Source: a virus (lineage: Duplodnaviria > Caudoviricetes). From it: DNA of 64,000 nucleotides. The first letter of the stretch is position 1. Every line of letters starts with the position of its first letter. A program made the position numbers and the translations under genes. The stretch lies in the IMG/VR virus record IMGVR_UViG_3300010413_001187, positions 2,131-66,130 of that record. One strand, given 5' to 3'. The notes below the pieces were generated by a model that saw only the letters and a program-made list of their open reading frames with translations, searched no databases and was not told where the DNA came from. Shown piece by piece: positions 20,717 through 31,077 of this stretch.

Positions 20717-23700
20717 TGGCAACATTAGAATCTACAGCAGCAACTGCTTATGATGTAAATGTTCAAGGAGAATATAATATATTAAATGACTGTAAATATA
20801 TAGTCAATAGGGATCGCTGTATCTATGATTCTAATACTGGTTATGAAGTCATATTTACACACGGCTTGCAGGGATGGGATACTTACACTAATTGGGATGC
20901 TATCTATGCTAAACATTTCTTATGGGGTCCAATGACAGCTGGGTCTGGTATGTTAGCTAGATCAGAATCATTTGATTTTGATTTTGAAGCAGATTATTTT
21001 ACTGATTTTGAATTGGATATGCTTATACGATATGATTCTTCTTGGGAAGGTAGAGAGAACTATACAGAGCTAACGGCTAAATTACAATGGAAAATGGTAT
21101 CTGATGGATATGCCTGGAGAGAAGACTCTGTTGCAGATTTTACGGTATATCCAGATGGTATTTGGCATAGATATAAAATTAATTTATTAGAAGAAGCTAA
21201 ATGGGTTGGTCGTTGCTATGATTTTAGAGTATCACCTATAGTAGATGGTGTGAAGGATATGGAAGTATTTATCAGAAGAATGGCATTCACTTCTGATATT
21301 AACTATAGATGTACTTATCCGCCTTGTGCATATAGCTCAGGCTATAAACACCCATGCCCAGCAATAGGGACTTATTCTAGAGCATATAGTGATATAAGGA
21401 AGAATCACCCAGTTATAACTGATGATACATCTAGGATAGGAGTAAGCATTGATGGTTATCCAGCTCAGTATATTGATTTAGATCTTAATTTATGTACTGA
21501 TCCACATTCTATAGCTCAGAGTATAACTATCAAATTAAATACTTTAAGTTTCGGTGGATATAAATTTGCTCTATGTACCTATAACGAAATAAATGAAAAT
21601 TTTTCTATTTATTCTGGCACAGTTGGACAGAATGGCTCAGTAGCTATTTATAGGCCAACTGAGAAAGACGCAACGATTGAATTAGGCTTTTTTGACGAAA
21701 ACGGTAATAAACGTTGGTATACTGAACAAGGTATTAATCCAGTTGATGGGTTCCTTCCAGCTTATTATAGATTGCCAGCAACCATCCTATATAGGCTACC
21801 TAATGCAGATACAGTTACAATAGATTATGATCCTAGCGATCCATTGGTAGAAATAGGACGTAATGATTTAAGAGATTTGCCTGCTGAAATGTTATTTGAG
21901 GAAGGTTGTATAGAAGGATTTTTGATGGTTGATATGTTTGGTAAATGTAGTTATTATGGGACCATAACTACATTACAGTATCTTGGAGCGTTAGTTGGTT
22001 CAAAAAGCAAAATATTATTATTAAGGCCAGTAGGAGATTATCAGTATGAAATAATATATAGCACCTCAATACTATCCGGAGATAATAAGAGAGGTAGTTT
22101 GTACGAGAAATCTATATCCTGGGAGGTTCGTCCTGGAGATGTTTTTGGTTTGTATATGTGCCAGCCTGCAATACATAGTGAAGCAGAATACAGAGCTTTA
22201 CCAGAGCAAATATATAAATTCTCGTGGATTGAAACTAGAATATTTGATCTAACTATTGGTACCACTATCTCATTTAATGTGAGTAATGTAAAATTTTTTG
22301 GATATGAGGGACTCCCTGCTTATGGATTTTCATCAGAAAAGATGCTAGCAATTGGAATAGATGCGGAACTTAGATGGGAATATGGCGTGAGTCAAGTTGC
22401 TCTTATAGGAGAATCGGACAGTGACTTTATAGACGTTGATCTCATGGAATTGGATTCTACAAAAATACAGGTGAAGTCCTCCGAGGGTAATAGTGAATTA
22501 ACATCTGCTCCAGATATGGATTTAATGCTAGAATTTCAGAATGATACTGAACAGTTTTATATTGATTTTTGGTTCCCAGGTTTTATGAAAGATATTTATA
22601 AGACTTGTATGAGATTCGAAGACTCACATAATCTTCGAGCTTTTTGTTGGGAAGGATACATGGAGCCAGAAGTAATAACTACGGCAAGGTTATTATGGGG
22701 ACAATATTATGCTTATCCAACTGAAGCTTTAAGTGTTGGATCTGAAAAACCATGGATGAGATTAACTTCGCCGTACTATGTAGCTCTGGATGGAGCCAAT
22801 GATGTGTCTCAGAGTCTTTATTTGCAATGGAATTATGTAACAAATGATCCGGAAGATAGATATCCAGCTCTTTCTATCACTGAAGCACAAGATAGAGCAT
22901 ATGACTCTGAATTCAAAATATGGAATAAATTAGAACAAGAATGGTATACTTTTCATACAAGAGCTATGCGTCTTAATTGTTGGGCATGGAATAATGCTCG
23001 TTTTAGAGATATTGAAATATGGACCACATTAAGTGGATCTCATACATTAATACATGCAGTAGATGCGGTAGGAATAAGTGGTCCAGAAGTCTTTAGCACA
23101 GAAAATTATAATATTGTGGATCTTTATGGTGATTTATTTTCTACTAGTAGAATAAGCAGAGCGGAAACAACAGATTACACATATGGTTTGGCTTTCTGGT
23201 TACAGAGTGATGACATTGCGCTAGCTCCCGTAGGGACAACTCTCAGAAAATTGCAATTAGACGTAAGCGGGTTGAGGGCTAAGATTAAACAAGTTAAGTT
23301 AATACCACAAAAATTGTCGGTTCAAGTAAGGACGGAATCAGGAGAACCATTAACAGAAATATCTAATTTAAATTGGGCGCTACCATCAGATGGTTCAGAA
23401 TATACATATGGACCGGCAAAAAAATATAGTATTTGTAATGATACAGGATTCAAAGCCAATCTTATTTTAGGTATAGCCGATCATTTATCCATAGATCATG
23501 CTTGTGTGTTTTCTAGTGATTTGAAAAGTCAAGCTAATATTGATGATCCTCTGCGTGGTATGCCAGCTAAGTTAATTTCGTCTCCTGACTATCAATATTG
23601 TAATCATAAAGCTATAAATTATCATGCTACGGCATATGCAGTTGTAGAAGAATCTCCAGTTAATTGGTATAGTTCGTCTACGAGTGGTATGGTCTGGCAA

Positions 23701-26700
23701 ACATTGACTTCTGGTAATCCTTTTTATGATGTATTAAGATGGAATGAACCAAAAAATCCATATCATGAAGATTGGCATGTTTATAATATTGCAAAAGCTG
23801 AGGATGTTAGCATAAGTGGTGGTTATTTATCTATGTCAATGTCTTCTAGAACACAAGATGCTGGTACAGAGTCATGGGATAATCCTACATATTTTATGGA
23901 AGTAGATTTAAATTCCACTTTCTTTATAGATTTACAAGTCCCTTCAACTCCTGAACAAATATCTGGAATAGATGTTTCTACTGGTTTGGTTATGTTTGAT
24001 AACACGGATCGTACTAAATATATTCGCATAGATAGATATTCTGGCAATGACGCCTCCTCAGTTTCGGGTGTTGATATACTTCCTTATAAAGCTGTTGTGC
24101 CACACGGAGACTATATTAGTTATGGATCCAAATATGATTATACAATAAGCGGTGTGCCAAGGCCTGTAATACCTATTGAATATATTGATCAGCCAATTTT
24201 AATAAAAATATCTAAAGAAGCATATAATATATCAGTTGGGTGGCGTTATTCACAATTGGAAGGCCAATTTACTACAGTTAGTTCCTTTGACATATCAACC
24301 TGGTCTGATCAAATAAGAATAGGAGCTTTTACTGCAGCAATAGATGTTACAGGGGATACTTCACATCTACTTGTTGAATCAGCTATTGATTATTTATCAT
24401 ATAAATATAATGATTTTAGATCAACTGATAGGTTTGATTATATTGTTGATTTCAATGAGATAACAACTCAGACAGGTAGATGGTCTGAGATAAATGCTGA
24501 ATCAGCTGAAATATTTAGAACAGGACCAGAAGGTCTGAGAATAAAAAGATGGCTTAATGTTGGAGTAGATAATTTCTTTGATGAAAATATTTATACTCCT
24601 GCTTTAATGACAGAGTGGGGTTCTCCTAATGATTATAGTAATATAAGTATGAGGATTTCTGATTATACTGAGCGTATGGTTGCTTCAGGTATATTTTCTG
24701 TAGGAATGTTAGTTAGAGATCAATCTGCACCTGAAAATTATATAAAATTTGCATTAGGATCTACTGATAAAGTAAGATTAGATTATACTAATAATGATAC
24801 AGCTTGGACAGCTCTAAGTAGTGCTGTTAATACTACCTCTGGTATTTGGTTAAAAATGCAAAAGGTAGCTGGGATCGTTATATCATCTTATTCTTTGGAT
24901 GGATATAGCTATACGGTTGTATCTGGTATATCAATAAAAGACTGGAACAGTGAATCCGCAACAGAATTAATTATATCATCTGATATATTAGAAACTCAGA
25001 TAGGTGATATAGATTTAGGTGGATCACGTATAGGAGCCACCCATTTAGTCGCTGAGTTTGATCCGCCTATTCCTGCTGGTCCTATTTATGGGACACAAGT
25101 AGAATTAGAAGATATACAATATTCTAGTAGTACACTAGAGGATTTTTCATCTGAAGTACCAGATTTGTCATATTTTATTAAATTCAAGAAACCAAAATCA
25201 TATACATTAGATCTAGCTGCCATAAAATTCATGCCTAATCTGGAAACAGCAGTTGAATTGGATCATAGCTTAGCAGTTATTGAATTACCTAAAGCTAATG
25301 AACGGTTATATGATAGAGCTGGAGAGCCTAGAGTTATAATAAGTGATGAACAAGGACAATGGTCTGATTCAGCAAGTTTTCAAGGCTTACCTATGTATGA
25401 TGCACCCCTATTAGTGTTTGATCTAGGTAGAATTTATGAAATTGGCAGATGTCCATATATGTTTGATAAAGCTTATGGTAGATTTTCACAATCAAACTAC
25501 AATTTATTATCAAATGTAGATTGGAATAATACAAGATACGATTATTGTGGATTCGATTATAAATGTGAGTTAAGTGCCAGTGATGAATGTACCGTATCCC
25601 GAACATGGAAACCAATGCATCTTTATAATAAATATGATGATGTGCCGGGATATTATTATCCTGGGACTTGCAATGGCCAAAGTACTGAAGCAGGAAAGGT
25701 GTCCAGAGCATGTCCTTGGTATTCTAGAAATTCCGGAAGGTGGTGGTTACTGGAGAGTAAGGATTATTTAACTATCAGTACAAATGTATCTGGATCCGCT
25801 GTTTGGTCAATACCTCCTATTCATGCTAATCCTCGTGATTATCCTATAAGTTTAACTGACCAATCATCGTGGTGGTCTACCTCATATGGACAGATTAGTT
25901 GGTCTTATATAACTGATTACGAGGAATATTGTTTGGTTTATAGTTATCCAGGATTGAATATAGGCGGATCTTTTTATTTTAATGGATATGGTTCTTCCTG
26001 GTGGAGACTACCTTCTGATAGGGAATGGACGGCAGGAGATAAATTAGCTTTAGATTTAAGCTTGTTCCAACCAGAAAATATTAATTCCATAGAATTAAAG
26101 ATAGGTAGAGATCCAAAATGTTATTGGCTTTTTACCATCACAGGAACATTGACAGAGGCATGGTCTACACATGAGTTAGAATACAATAATGCTCAGTTGG
26201 TTATGAATCAATTTATTGATTTAGAAGAACCATCTTATACGATTAATGATATAGAAAATTATGAAATCGATGATTTACCTTATGGTCCAATGCCTTTTGT
26301 TAATTTAGGATATGTGGAAGTTACAGTTTCAGGACACGATTATTCTGATATTTATATGAAAAATCTACGTCATGTAAGAGGTAAATTTTCTAATCAAGGA
26401 TTATATTTAGGATTAAATGAATCATTATATATTCCAGACTTAGATTTAACAAACACTGGAACTATAGAGTTTGATTATTACCCCAATGAAATAGCCATGG
26501 GGCTGCGACCTGGAGAGCCCAGAGATTTCTTATATTCAGTTATAACTGTAAGTAATGAAAATTCTGGTATAGCTATTGTTTTGAATAAGACTTGGGGATG
26601 GAACATTTATGCATTCACACCATTACACAAAGAATTATATGGATTCTTACCATCATTAGCGGAAGCACAAAGAGTATTACCATCATTAGAATCAGGAAGA

Positions 26701-27201
26701 AAACCAGGCCCATTCAGTATAATGTTAAGTTGGGCTCCTAATAATTTGCCTGGGCTAGATTATAATGTAGTTCTGTGGGTTGATAAATTAATGGTTTGTT
26801 ATGGCACTCTCGCCAGTTTAGGTGAATATTTTGATTCTGATGATATTGAAGTCACATTAGGGAGAGGGGCGACTGTTTGGGATCCGAATAATCAAGATCG
26901 ATATGCTGCGTATGCTACATTTTCTAACCTTAAAATTTATAAAAGGGCAGTAGGATCTCCCTATGCTTATATAGACAGTGAATCCTCAGTACCAGAGAAT
27001 TTATTTGAGCTATCTAGTAATGGTACTGATTGGAAGACTTTTAAAGATGGTGAGCTACCGTTGTATGTACATGGGGTAGAGACTGGTGATTGTGTTGATT
27101 TCTGGATGAGAAACAGAAGACCGAAGAACGACATAAAAAAATTACATAAGAGAAGCACAGCTTATCTAGCTGTCAAATGGGAAGTAACAGGAATTAGTTA
27201 A
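20716..27201 (+). CDS. Giant (~2160 aa) beta-rich structural protein with CBM-like and LamG/concanavalin-like domains
   Basis: Start placed at the ATG at 20716 (TAATG overlap, GGAG RBS); 'PDGIWHRYKINL...WVG...FRVSP' CBM-like motif; 'IWLKMQKVAG...YSLDGYSY' concanavalin-like motif. Confidence 0.65.
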   Translation: MATLESTAATAYDVNVQGEYNILNDCKYIVNRDRCIYDSNTGYEVIFTHGLQGWDTYTNWDAIYAKHFLWGPMTAGSGMLARSESFDFDFEADYFTDFELDMLIRYDSSWEGRENYTELTAKLQWKMVSDGYAWREDSVADFTVYPDGIWHRYKINLLEEAKWVGRCYDFRVSPIVDGVKDMEVFIRRMAFTSDINYRCTYPPCAYSSGYKHPCPAIGTYSRAYSDIRKNHPVITDDTSRIGVSIDGYPAQYIDLDLNLCTDPHSIAQSITIKLNTLSFGGYKFALCTYNEINENFSIYSGTVGQNGSVAIYRPTEKDATIELGFFDENGNKRWYTEQGINPVDGFLPAYYRLPATILYRLPNADTVTIDYDPSDPLVEIGRNDLRDLPAEMLFEEGCIEGFLMVDMFGKCSYYGTITTLQYLGALVGSKSKILLLRPVGDYQYEIIYSTSILSGDNKRGSLYEKSISWEVRPGDVFGLYMCQPAIHSEAEYRALPEQIYKFSWIETRIFDLTIGTTISFNVSNVKFFGYEGLPAYGFSSEKMLAIGIDAELRWEYGVSQVALIGESDSDFIDVDLMELDSTKIQVKSSEGNSELTSAPDMDLMLEFQNDTEQFYIDFWFPGFMKDIYKTCMRFEDSHNLRAFCWEGYMEPEVITTARLLWGQYYAYPTEALSVGSEKPWMRLTSPYYVALDGANDVSQSLYLQWNYVTNDPEDRYPALSITEAQDRAYDSEFKIWNKLEQEWYTFHTRAMRLNCWAWNNARFRDIEIWTTLSGSHTLIHAVDAVGISGPEVFSTENYNIVDLYGDLFSTSRISRAETTDYTYGLAFWLQSDDIALAPVGTTLRKLQLDVSGLRAKIKQVKLIPQKLSVQVRTESGEPLTEISNLNWALPSDGSEYTYGPAKKYSICNDTGFKANLILGIADHLSIDHACVFSSDLKSQANIDDPLRGMPAKLISSPDYQYCNHKAINYHATAYAVVEESPVNWYSSSTSGMVWQTLTSGNPFYDVLRWNEPKNPYHEDWHVYNIAKAEDVSISGGYLSMSMSSRTQDAGTESWDNPTYFMEVDLNSTFFIDLQVPSTPEQISGIDVSTGLVMFDNTDRTKYIRIDRYSGNDASSVSGVDILPYKAVVPHGDYISYGSKYDYTISGVPRPVIPIEYIDQPILIKISKEAYNISVGWRYSQLEGQFTTVSSFDISTWSDQIRIGAFTAAIDVTGDTSHLLVESAIDYLSYKYNDFRSTDRFDYIVDFNEITTQTGRWSEINAESAEIFRTGPEGLRIKRWLNVGVDNFFDENIYTPALMTEWGSPNDYSNISMRISDYTERMVASGIFSVGMLVRDQSAPENYIKFALGSTDKVRLDYTNNDTAWTALSSAVNTTSGIWLKMQKVAGIVISSYSLDGYSYTVVSGISIKDWNSESATELIISSDILETQIGDIDLGGSRIGATHLVAEFDPPIPAGPIYGTQVELEDIQYSSSTLEDFSSEVPDLSYFIKFKKPKSYTLDLAAIKFMPNLETAVELDHSLAVIELPKANERLYDRAGEPRVIISDEQGQWSDSASFQGLPMYDAPLLVFDLGRIYEIGRCPYMFDKAYGRFSQSNYNLLSNVDWNNTRYDYCGFDYKCELSASDECTVSRTWKPMHLYNKYDDVPGYYYPGTCNGQSTEAGKVSRACPWYSRNSGRWWLLESKDYLTISTNVSGSAVWSIPPIHANPRDYPISLTDQSSWWSTSYGQISWSYITDYEEYCLVYSYPGLNIGGSFYFNGYGSSWWRLPSDREWTAGDKLALDLSLFQPENINSIELKIGRDPKCYWLFTITGTLTEAWSTHELEYNNAQLVMNQFIDLEEPSYTINDIENYEIDDLPYGPMPFVNLGYVEVTVSGHDYSDIYMKNLRHVRGKFSNQGLYLGLNESLYIPDLDLTNTGTIEFDYYPNEIAMGLRPGEPRDFLYSVITVSNENSGIAIVLNKTWGWNIYAFTPLHKELYGFLPSLAEAQRVLPSLESGRKPGPFSIMLSWAPNNLPGLDYNVVLWVDKLMVCYGTLASLGEYFDSDDIEVTLGRGATVWDPNNQDRYAAYATFSNLKIYKRAVGSPYAYIDSESSVPENLFELSSNGTDWKTFKDGELPLYVHGVETGDCVDFWMRNRRPKNDIKKLHKRSTAYLAVKWEVTGIS

Positions 27202-29207
27202 TGCCTATTATTGTAGCAACCGAAGATGGTTTAGAAATAGATGGTATTTTGTTAAAGAATGCACAGGAGATGCAGCTTTACATAGAAGCTCACTCTCCAT
27301 CCGCTGTTAATGTTAGCATAGATATGCATCAACCTGCTGATCTTTATGCCTATATAGAGGCCATGTGGAAAGGCTCACCAACTCCTCTTTATATTTATTT
27401 AAATGTTTTAGATGTTTATTTCTATTATCATTTATCAGCTATAATAGATATGCATTCTCCAGAAGATTTAAACACCTTCATAGGGGCACACCCACCATCT
27501 GATCTCCAGGCTATTATAGACAGCCATTTACCTCAAGATTTAGATGTAGATTTGTATGCTGTTCCTTACAAACGATTGGATATAATTATAGATTGGATTG
27601 TTCACCATTCATACCTGGAAGCCACTGTTAAAATGCATTCTCCTTGGCCTATAGATATACCTATAGGAATGCATGATCCGGAAGATTTCTTGATTTACAT
27701 GAATCCAATGTCTTTTCATACATTTATTATACCGTTTCTGGTGGAGCAGACAGGAGAGTTTGACCTGGGCGCATGGTTAAAATGTGTGACTCCAGGTACA
27801 TTAGATTTAGAAATCTATATGCATATATGGAGCATGCAACCATTAAGCATAGACTTAAAAATGCATGATATACCTTCGTTCAGTGTGTTTACACATGTCT
27901 GGACACCAATAAATATAAGTGCATTTTTAGATATGCATTTCCCGAATCCATTAGGAATAGAGGCATGGGCCGAGCCTGAGCCAGGTTCAGATCTTATTAT
28001 ATATCATGCCTCGCGCCAAATGACTGAGTTTTTTGTAGAGTTTGATACTTGGGATGATTTTACTTTTCTATCAGTAAATTTCTATGGGTTTTACGAGAGC
28101 TTGATGAATGTTATTTTCACCATGGGAGCCTATCGTAATCTTTCAATTGATTTACCAGGAACTTCAGGATATAGGAATCTCTTTGTAACTATAAGACCCT
28201 CTAGTAGAATTATGTCTACATTTATTCCTATATATACCATGGAAATAAAAGATATATTCATTTCTATAAATCAAGGGTGGCCGTGTGGGTTTTATTCTAC
28301 ATATTCTTTATTAGAAGTTGTTGCAGGTGTAGCATATTTAAAACCATTAGATATTATTTTCGCGATTATTGATGGAAGCGGGTATAAGCCCTTAGGCATC
28401 TATTTGAATAAAATGTTTTTTGATACTTATTTTGATACCTTAGGAATAAGTCTTTATGTTCCAGAAGAAATTACCAGGCCAGAATCAATCATACCGGACT
28501 CAACAGAAATTGTTTATGATAATGAATTCTTAGACTTGTACCAAGAAGTATTGCATATAACTTTTCCATGGCCCCGCTTTAAATTAATTACAGGATTTTC
28601 TTCATTTTCAGTGGAACTTTATCCGTTCTACGGTGACAAAATATATAGTCTAGAGATTTATTTGGTTGCTAATAGACAACAACCCCCAATAATGCCAACG
28701 TCTCAGCCTTTACAGGTTGCGACAGATGGTTACGGAGAGACTATATGGCCAGATGTCTTTCAAGTAAAAGAAATAGAATTGTGGTCTTTGGACCCTCCGG
28801 AATTGGTTAGACGAATAGAAGTAATGTTTGATGAACAAGTTAAAGAATACTATTGGGTCTCTCAAGACCAGAGAGCTTATAGTAAAAATATGTGGGAAAG
28901 ATGGGCTTTTCTCACAAGAGGTTATCTACCACACGCTGAGTACAGTGGTCAAATTCAATATGAGACACTGAGAACTCTTAGCTCAATGAAAAGATATTCT
29001 ACTATAGATGAAGCAGTCAGAGCTATGCTAGCTGGCTTCCTATATAGTGACGCAAAAACTGTCTCCGTATCATTATTAGCTTCTGGTGGTTATAATAATA
29101 TGAAAATATTCATGGATATATGGGGATGGAATCGATTAAAAAATCTAAACATCAGTTTGTGGCCTGTTAAAACATCTGATTTATCTATAGAATTACAAGC
29201 AGTATAA
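27201..29207 (+). CDS. Repeat protein with ~12-aa H-x-P-x-D-L units (possible beta-helical fibre)
   Basis: HSPSAVNVSIDM, HQPADLYAYIEA, HSPEDLNTFIGA, HPPSDLQAIIDS, HLPQDLDVDLYA, HSPWPIDIPIGM, HDPEDFLIYMNP. Confidence 0.65.
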   Translation: MPIIVATEDGLEIDGILLKNAQEMQLYIEAHSPSAVNVSIDMHQPADLYAYIEAMWKGSPTPLYIYLNVLDVYFYYHLSAIIDMHSPEDLNTFIGAHPPSDLQAIIDSHLPQDLDVDLYAVPYKRLDIIIDWIVHHSYLEATVKMHSPWPIDIPIGMHDPEDFLIYMNPMSFHTFIIPFLVEQTGEFDLGAWLKCVTPGTLDLEIYMHIWSMQPLSIDLKMHDIPSFSVFTHVWTPINISAFLDMHFPNPLGIEAWAEPEPGSDLIIYHASRQMTEFFVEFDTWDDFTFLSVNFYGFYESLMNVIFTMGAYRNLSIDLPGTSGYRNLFVTIRPSSRIMSTFIPIYTMEIKDIFISINQGWPCGFYSTYSLLEVVAGVAYLKPLDIIFAIIDGSGYKPLGIYLNKMFFDTYFDTLGISLYVPEEITRPESIIPDSTEIVYDNEFLDLYQEVLHITFPWPRFKLITGFSSFSVELYPFYGDKIYSLEIYLVANRQQPPIMPTSQPLQVATDGYGETIWPDVFQVKEIELWSLDPPELVRRIEVMFDEQVKEYYWVSQDQRAYSKNMWERWAFLTRGYLPHAEYSGQIQYETLRTLSSMKRYSTIDEAVRAMLAGFLYSDAKTVSVSLLASGGYNNMKIFMDIWGWNRLKNLNISLWPVKTSDLSIELQAV

Positions 29208-29216
29208 GGGTGAAAC

Positions 29217-30389
29217 ATGCATATAGTTGTACCTACGGCTGATCTTGTTCATATATTGTCAAGATTACAGCCTATAAAGTCTGTTAAAACGTCTGGAGGT
29301 CTATTTGCCATATATACTATGGAAGCTCAAGACGGAAAACTCAGACTGATCGCTGGCGATGGTGCTAGTTTTACTGCTACCACCGAAATATTTGCTAAAG
29401 TGAAGGTTCCTGGTAGAATTAGCATAAATGGAACAGACTTTCAGACTGCTATGCTGAAGATCATTCCTGTTGGTAAAGGTATAGCAGGGTCAGATAACAT
29501 AGAAATGAAAGTGGAAGGAACCAAACTTAGAATAAAAACTAAAACAACTTATAGTGATACAAATGCAGAAATAAAACAAACAAGAGATTTTACGTTAGTA
29601 AAGGCTAAACTCTCCCCTAAGGATGATGAATTACCTTCTGGCTACCATTTGAGTATTCCTGGACAATACATGGCTCAGATATTTAAAGTAATGACTAAAA
29701 TGATATCTGCCTATACTTCAGATATTGCTGGGTTATCAGGAGTTATGATGAAAATTGAGGGAGGTAAACTACTATTTGTAGTCTCTGATGGAGTGAGGTT
29801 ATTAGAGATCGAATGCCCTTATCAAATTCAATCTTCTGATTTCTTTGTAATATTACATAAAATGACATGTTCTTTAATTCAATCTTTGATCAGTCAAGGT
29901 GAACAAGTAGAAATATATTCTAGCCAGAGCAGAATAAAATTCATAACAGAACAAGATGGTCTTAAAACCACTCTGTTAGCATCATTAATTCCAGCTGGAT
30001 TCCCAGATTATTCTAGTCTATTCACAGCAATTGGGCCAACTATAACAGTTGATTCCAAAATCTTTAGAGATAATATAATGAATGTACGAAGAGCTTTGGA
30101 TGATGAAACCTATAGAGTAAAAATAGAATTTAATGGAAAAACCATGTCATTAAACAACGCGCATGCGAGCAGTCATTTAACCTTTTCTAATGAAAATATT
30201 CCGGTTAGTTACACAAATGGTGAGAAGTTTTCTCTATTAATAAATGCTTTCTTACTAGAAAGCTTATTGAGTTTAATGGGAAAAGTAGACTTAAATTTGG
30301 TGGTACCAGAAAATGATAAGCCTATCATAATGTCTGCTTCGATTGATGATATTAAATTAAGATCAGCATTAGGTGTTGCTATAGAGTAG
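29217..30389 (+). CDS. dnaN: DNA polymerase III beta subunit (sliding clamp)-like
   Basis: 390 aa; 'LSGVMM...FVVSDGVRL', 'LIPAGFPDYSSLF' and 'INAFLL' match beta-clamp motifs (vatDg.RL, Li.g.fPdy, fN..yl). Confidence 0.8.
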   Translation: MHIVVPTADLVHILSRLQPIKSVKTSGGLFAIYTMEAQDGKLRLIAGDGASFTATTEIFAKVKVPGRISINGTDFQTAMLKIIPVGKGIAGSDNIEMKVEGTKLRIKTKTTYSDTNAEIKQTRDFTLVKAKLSPKDDELPSGYHLSIPGQYMAQIFKVMTKMISAYTSDIAGLSGVMMKIEGGKLLFVVSDGVRLLEIECPYQIQSSDFFVILHKMTCSLIQSLISQGEQVEIYSSQSRIKFITEQDGLKTTLLASLIPAGFPDYSSLFTAIGPTITVDSKIFRDNIMNVRRALDDETYRVKIEFNGKTMSLNNAHASSHLTFSNENIPVSYTNGEKFSLLINAFLLESLLSLMGKVDLNLVVPENDKPIIMSASIDDIKLRSALGVAIE

Positions 30390-30397
30390 GAGTAATA

Positions 30398-31069
30398 ATG
30401 CCCAAGAAAAGAAAACCAGACCTTTTTAGTGAAGAAGACCAAGAAAGACAAGCTATAGATTTTCTCAGGAATAGAGGGTACGGGGTTTTTAAAATAGGAA
30501 ATATACCGGATAGAGAAGAGGCGGAGGCTGTTAAGAGATTAAGAGCTATAGGATATAAGGTAGAGCATATCAAAGACGCTTTAGTAAAAATAGATACAAA
30601 ACAAATTTCTTCTGTAGATGATATAGCAATATATTTCCATGAGATGTTAAGAAGACATAATAAGATATATTTTGATAGAAACAAACTTATTGATAAAGAG
30701 TCTAGAGCAATAGATAGAAGTATATTGAACCATCTTATAAACTGGAGGGTAGAAGAGGGTGAAGTATCTTTACAAGAAGCCATATCAGAAGTGTTTATTA
30801 TGATTGATGTATTATTTGAGAAAGCTACTACATGGAACATAACAGTGAAAAGTATAGGCATATTGAGCATCTTGAATAATAAACCTTTTGTTCTAAGTTT
30901 ATTTAGAGAAGCCAGACTAAAACAAGATTCAGAATTAAGATTTAGTATTGATAGACAGATAGAAAAGAAAGACAAAGACAGTTATTTTGATTTATTAGAT
31001 AGATCACGAGAGGCTATGATATCTATTAAGGGTACGGTTTCTAAGAAACCTAGAAAAATAAAAACATAG
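30398..31069 (+). CDS. Hypothetical protein
   Basis: 223-aa ORF with AGGAG RBS; short internal duplication AIDFLRNRGYGV / AVKRLRAIGYKV. Confidence 0.7.
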   Translation: MPKKRKPDLFSEEDQERQAIDFLRNRGYGVFKIGNIPDREEAEAVKRLRAIGYKVEHIKDALVKIDTKQISSVDDIAIYFHEMLRRHNKIYFDRNKLIDKESRAIDRSILNHLINWRVEEGEVSLQEAISEVFIMIDVLFEKATTWNITVKSIGILSILNNKPFVLSLFREARLKQDSELRFSIDRQIEKKDKDSYFDLLDRSREAMISIKGTVSKKPRKIKT

Positions 31070-31077
31070 GAGATCTA

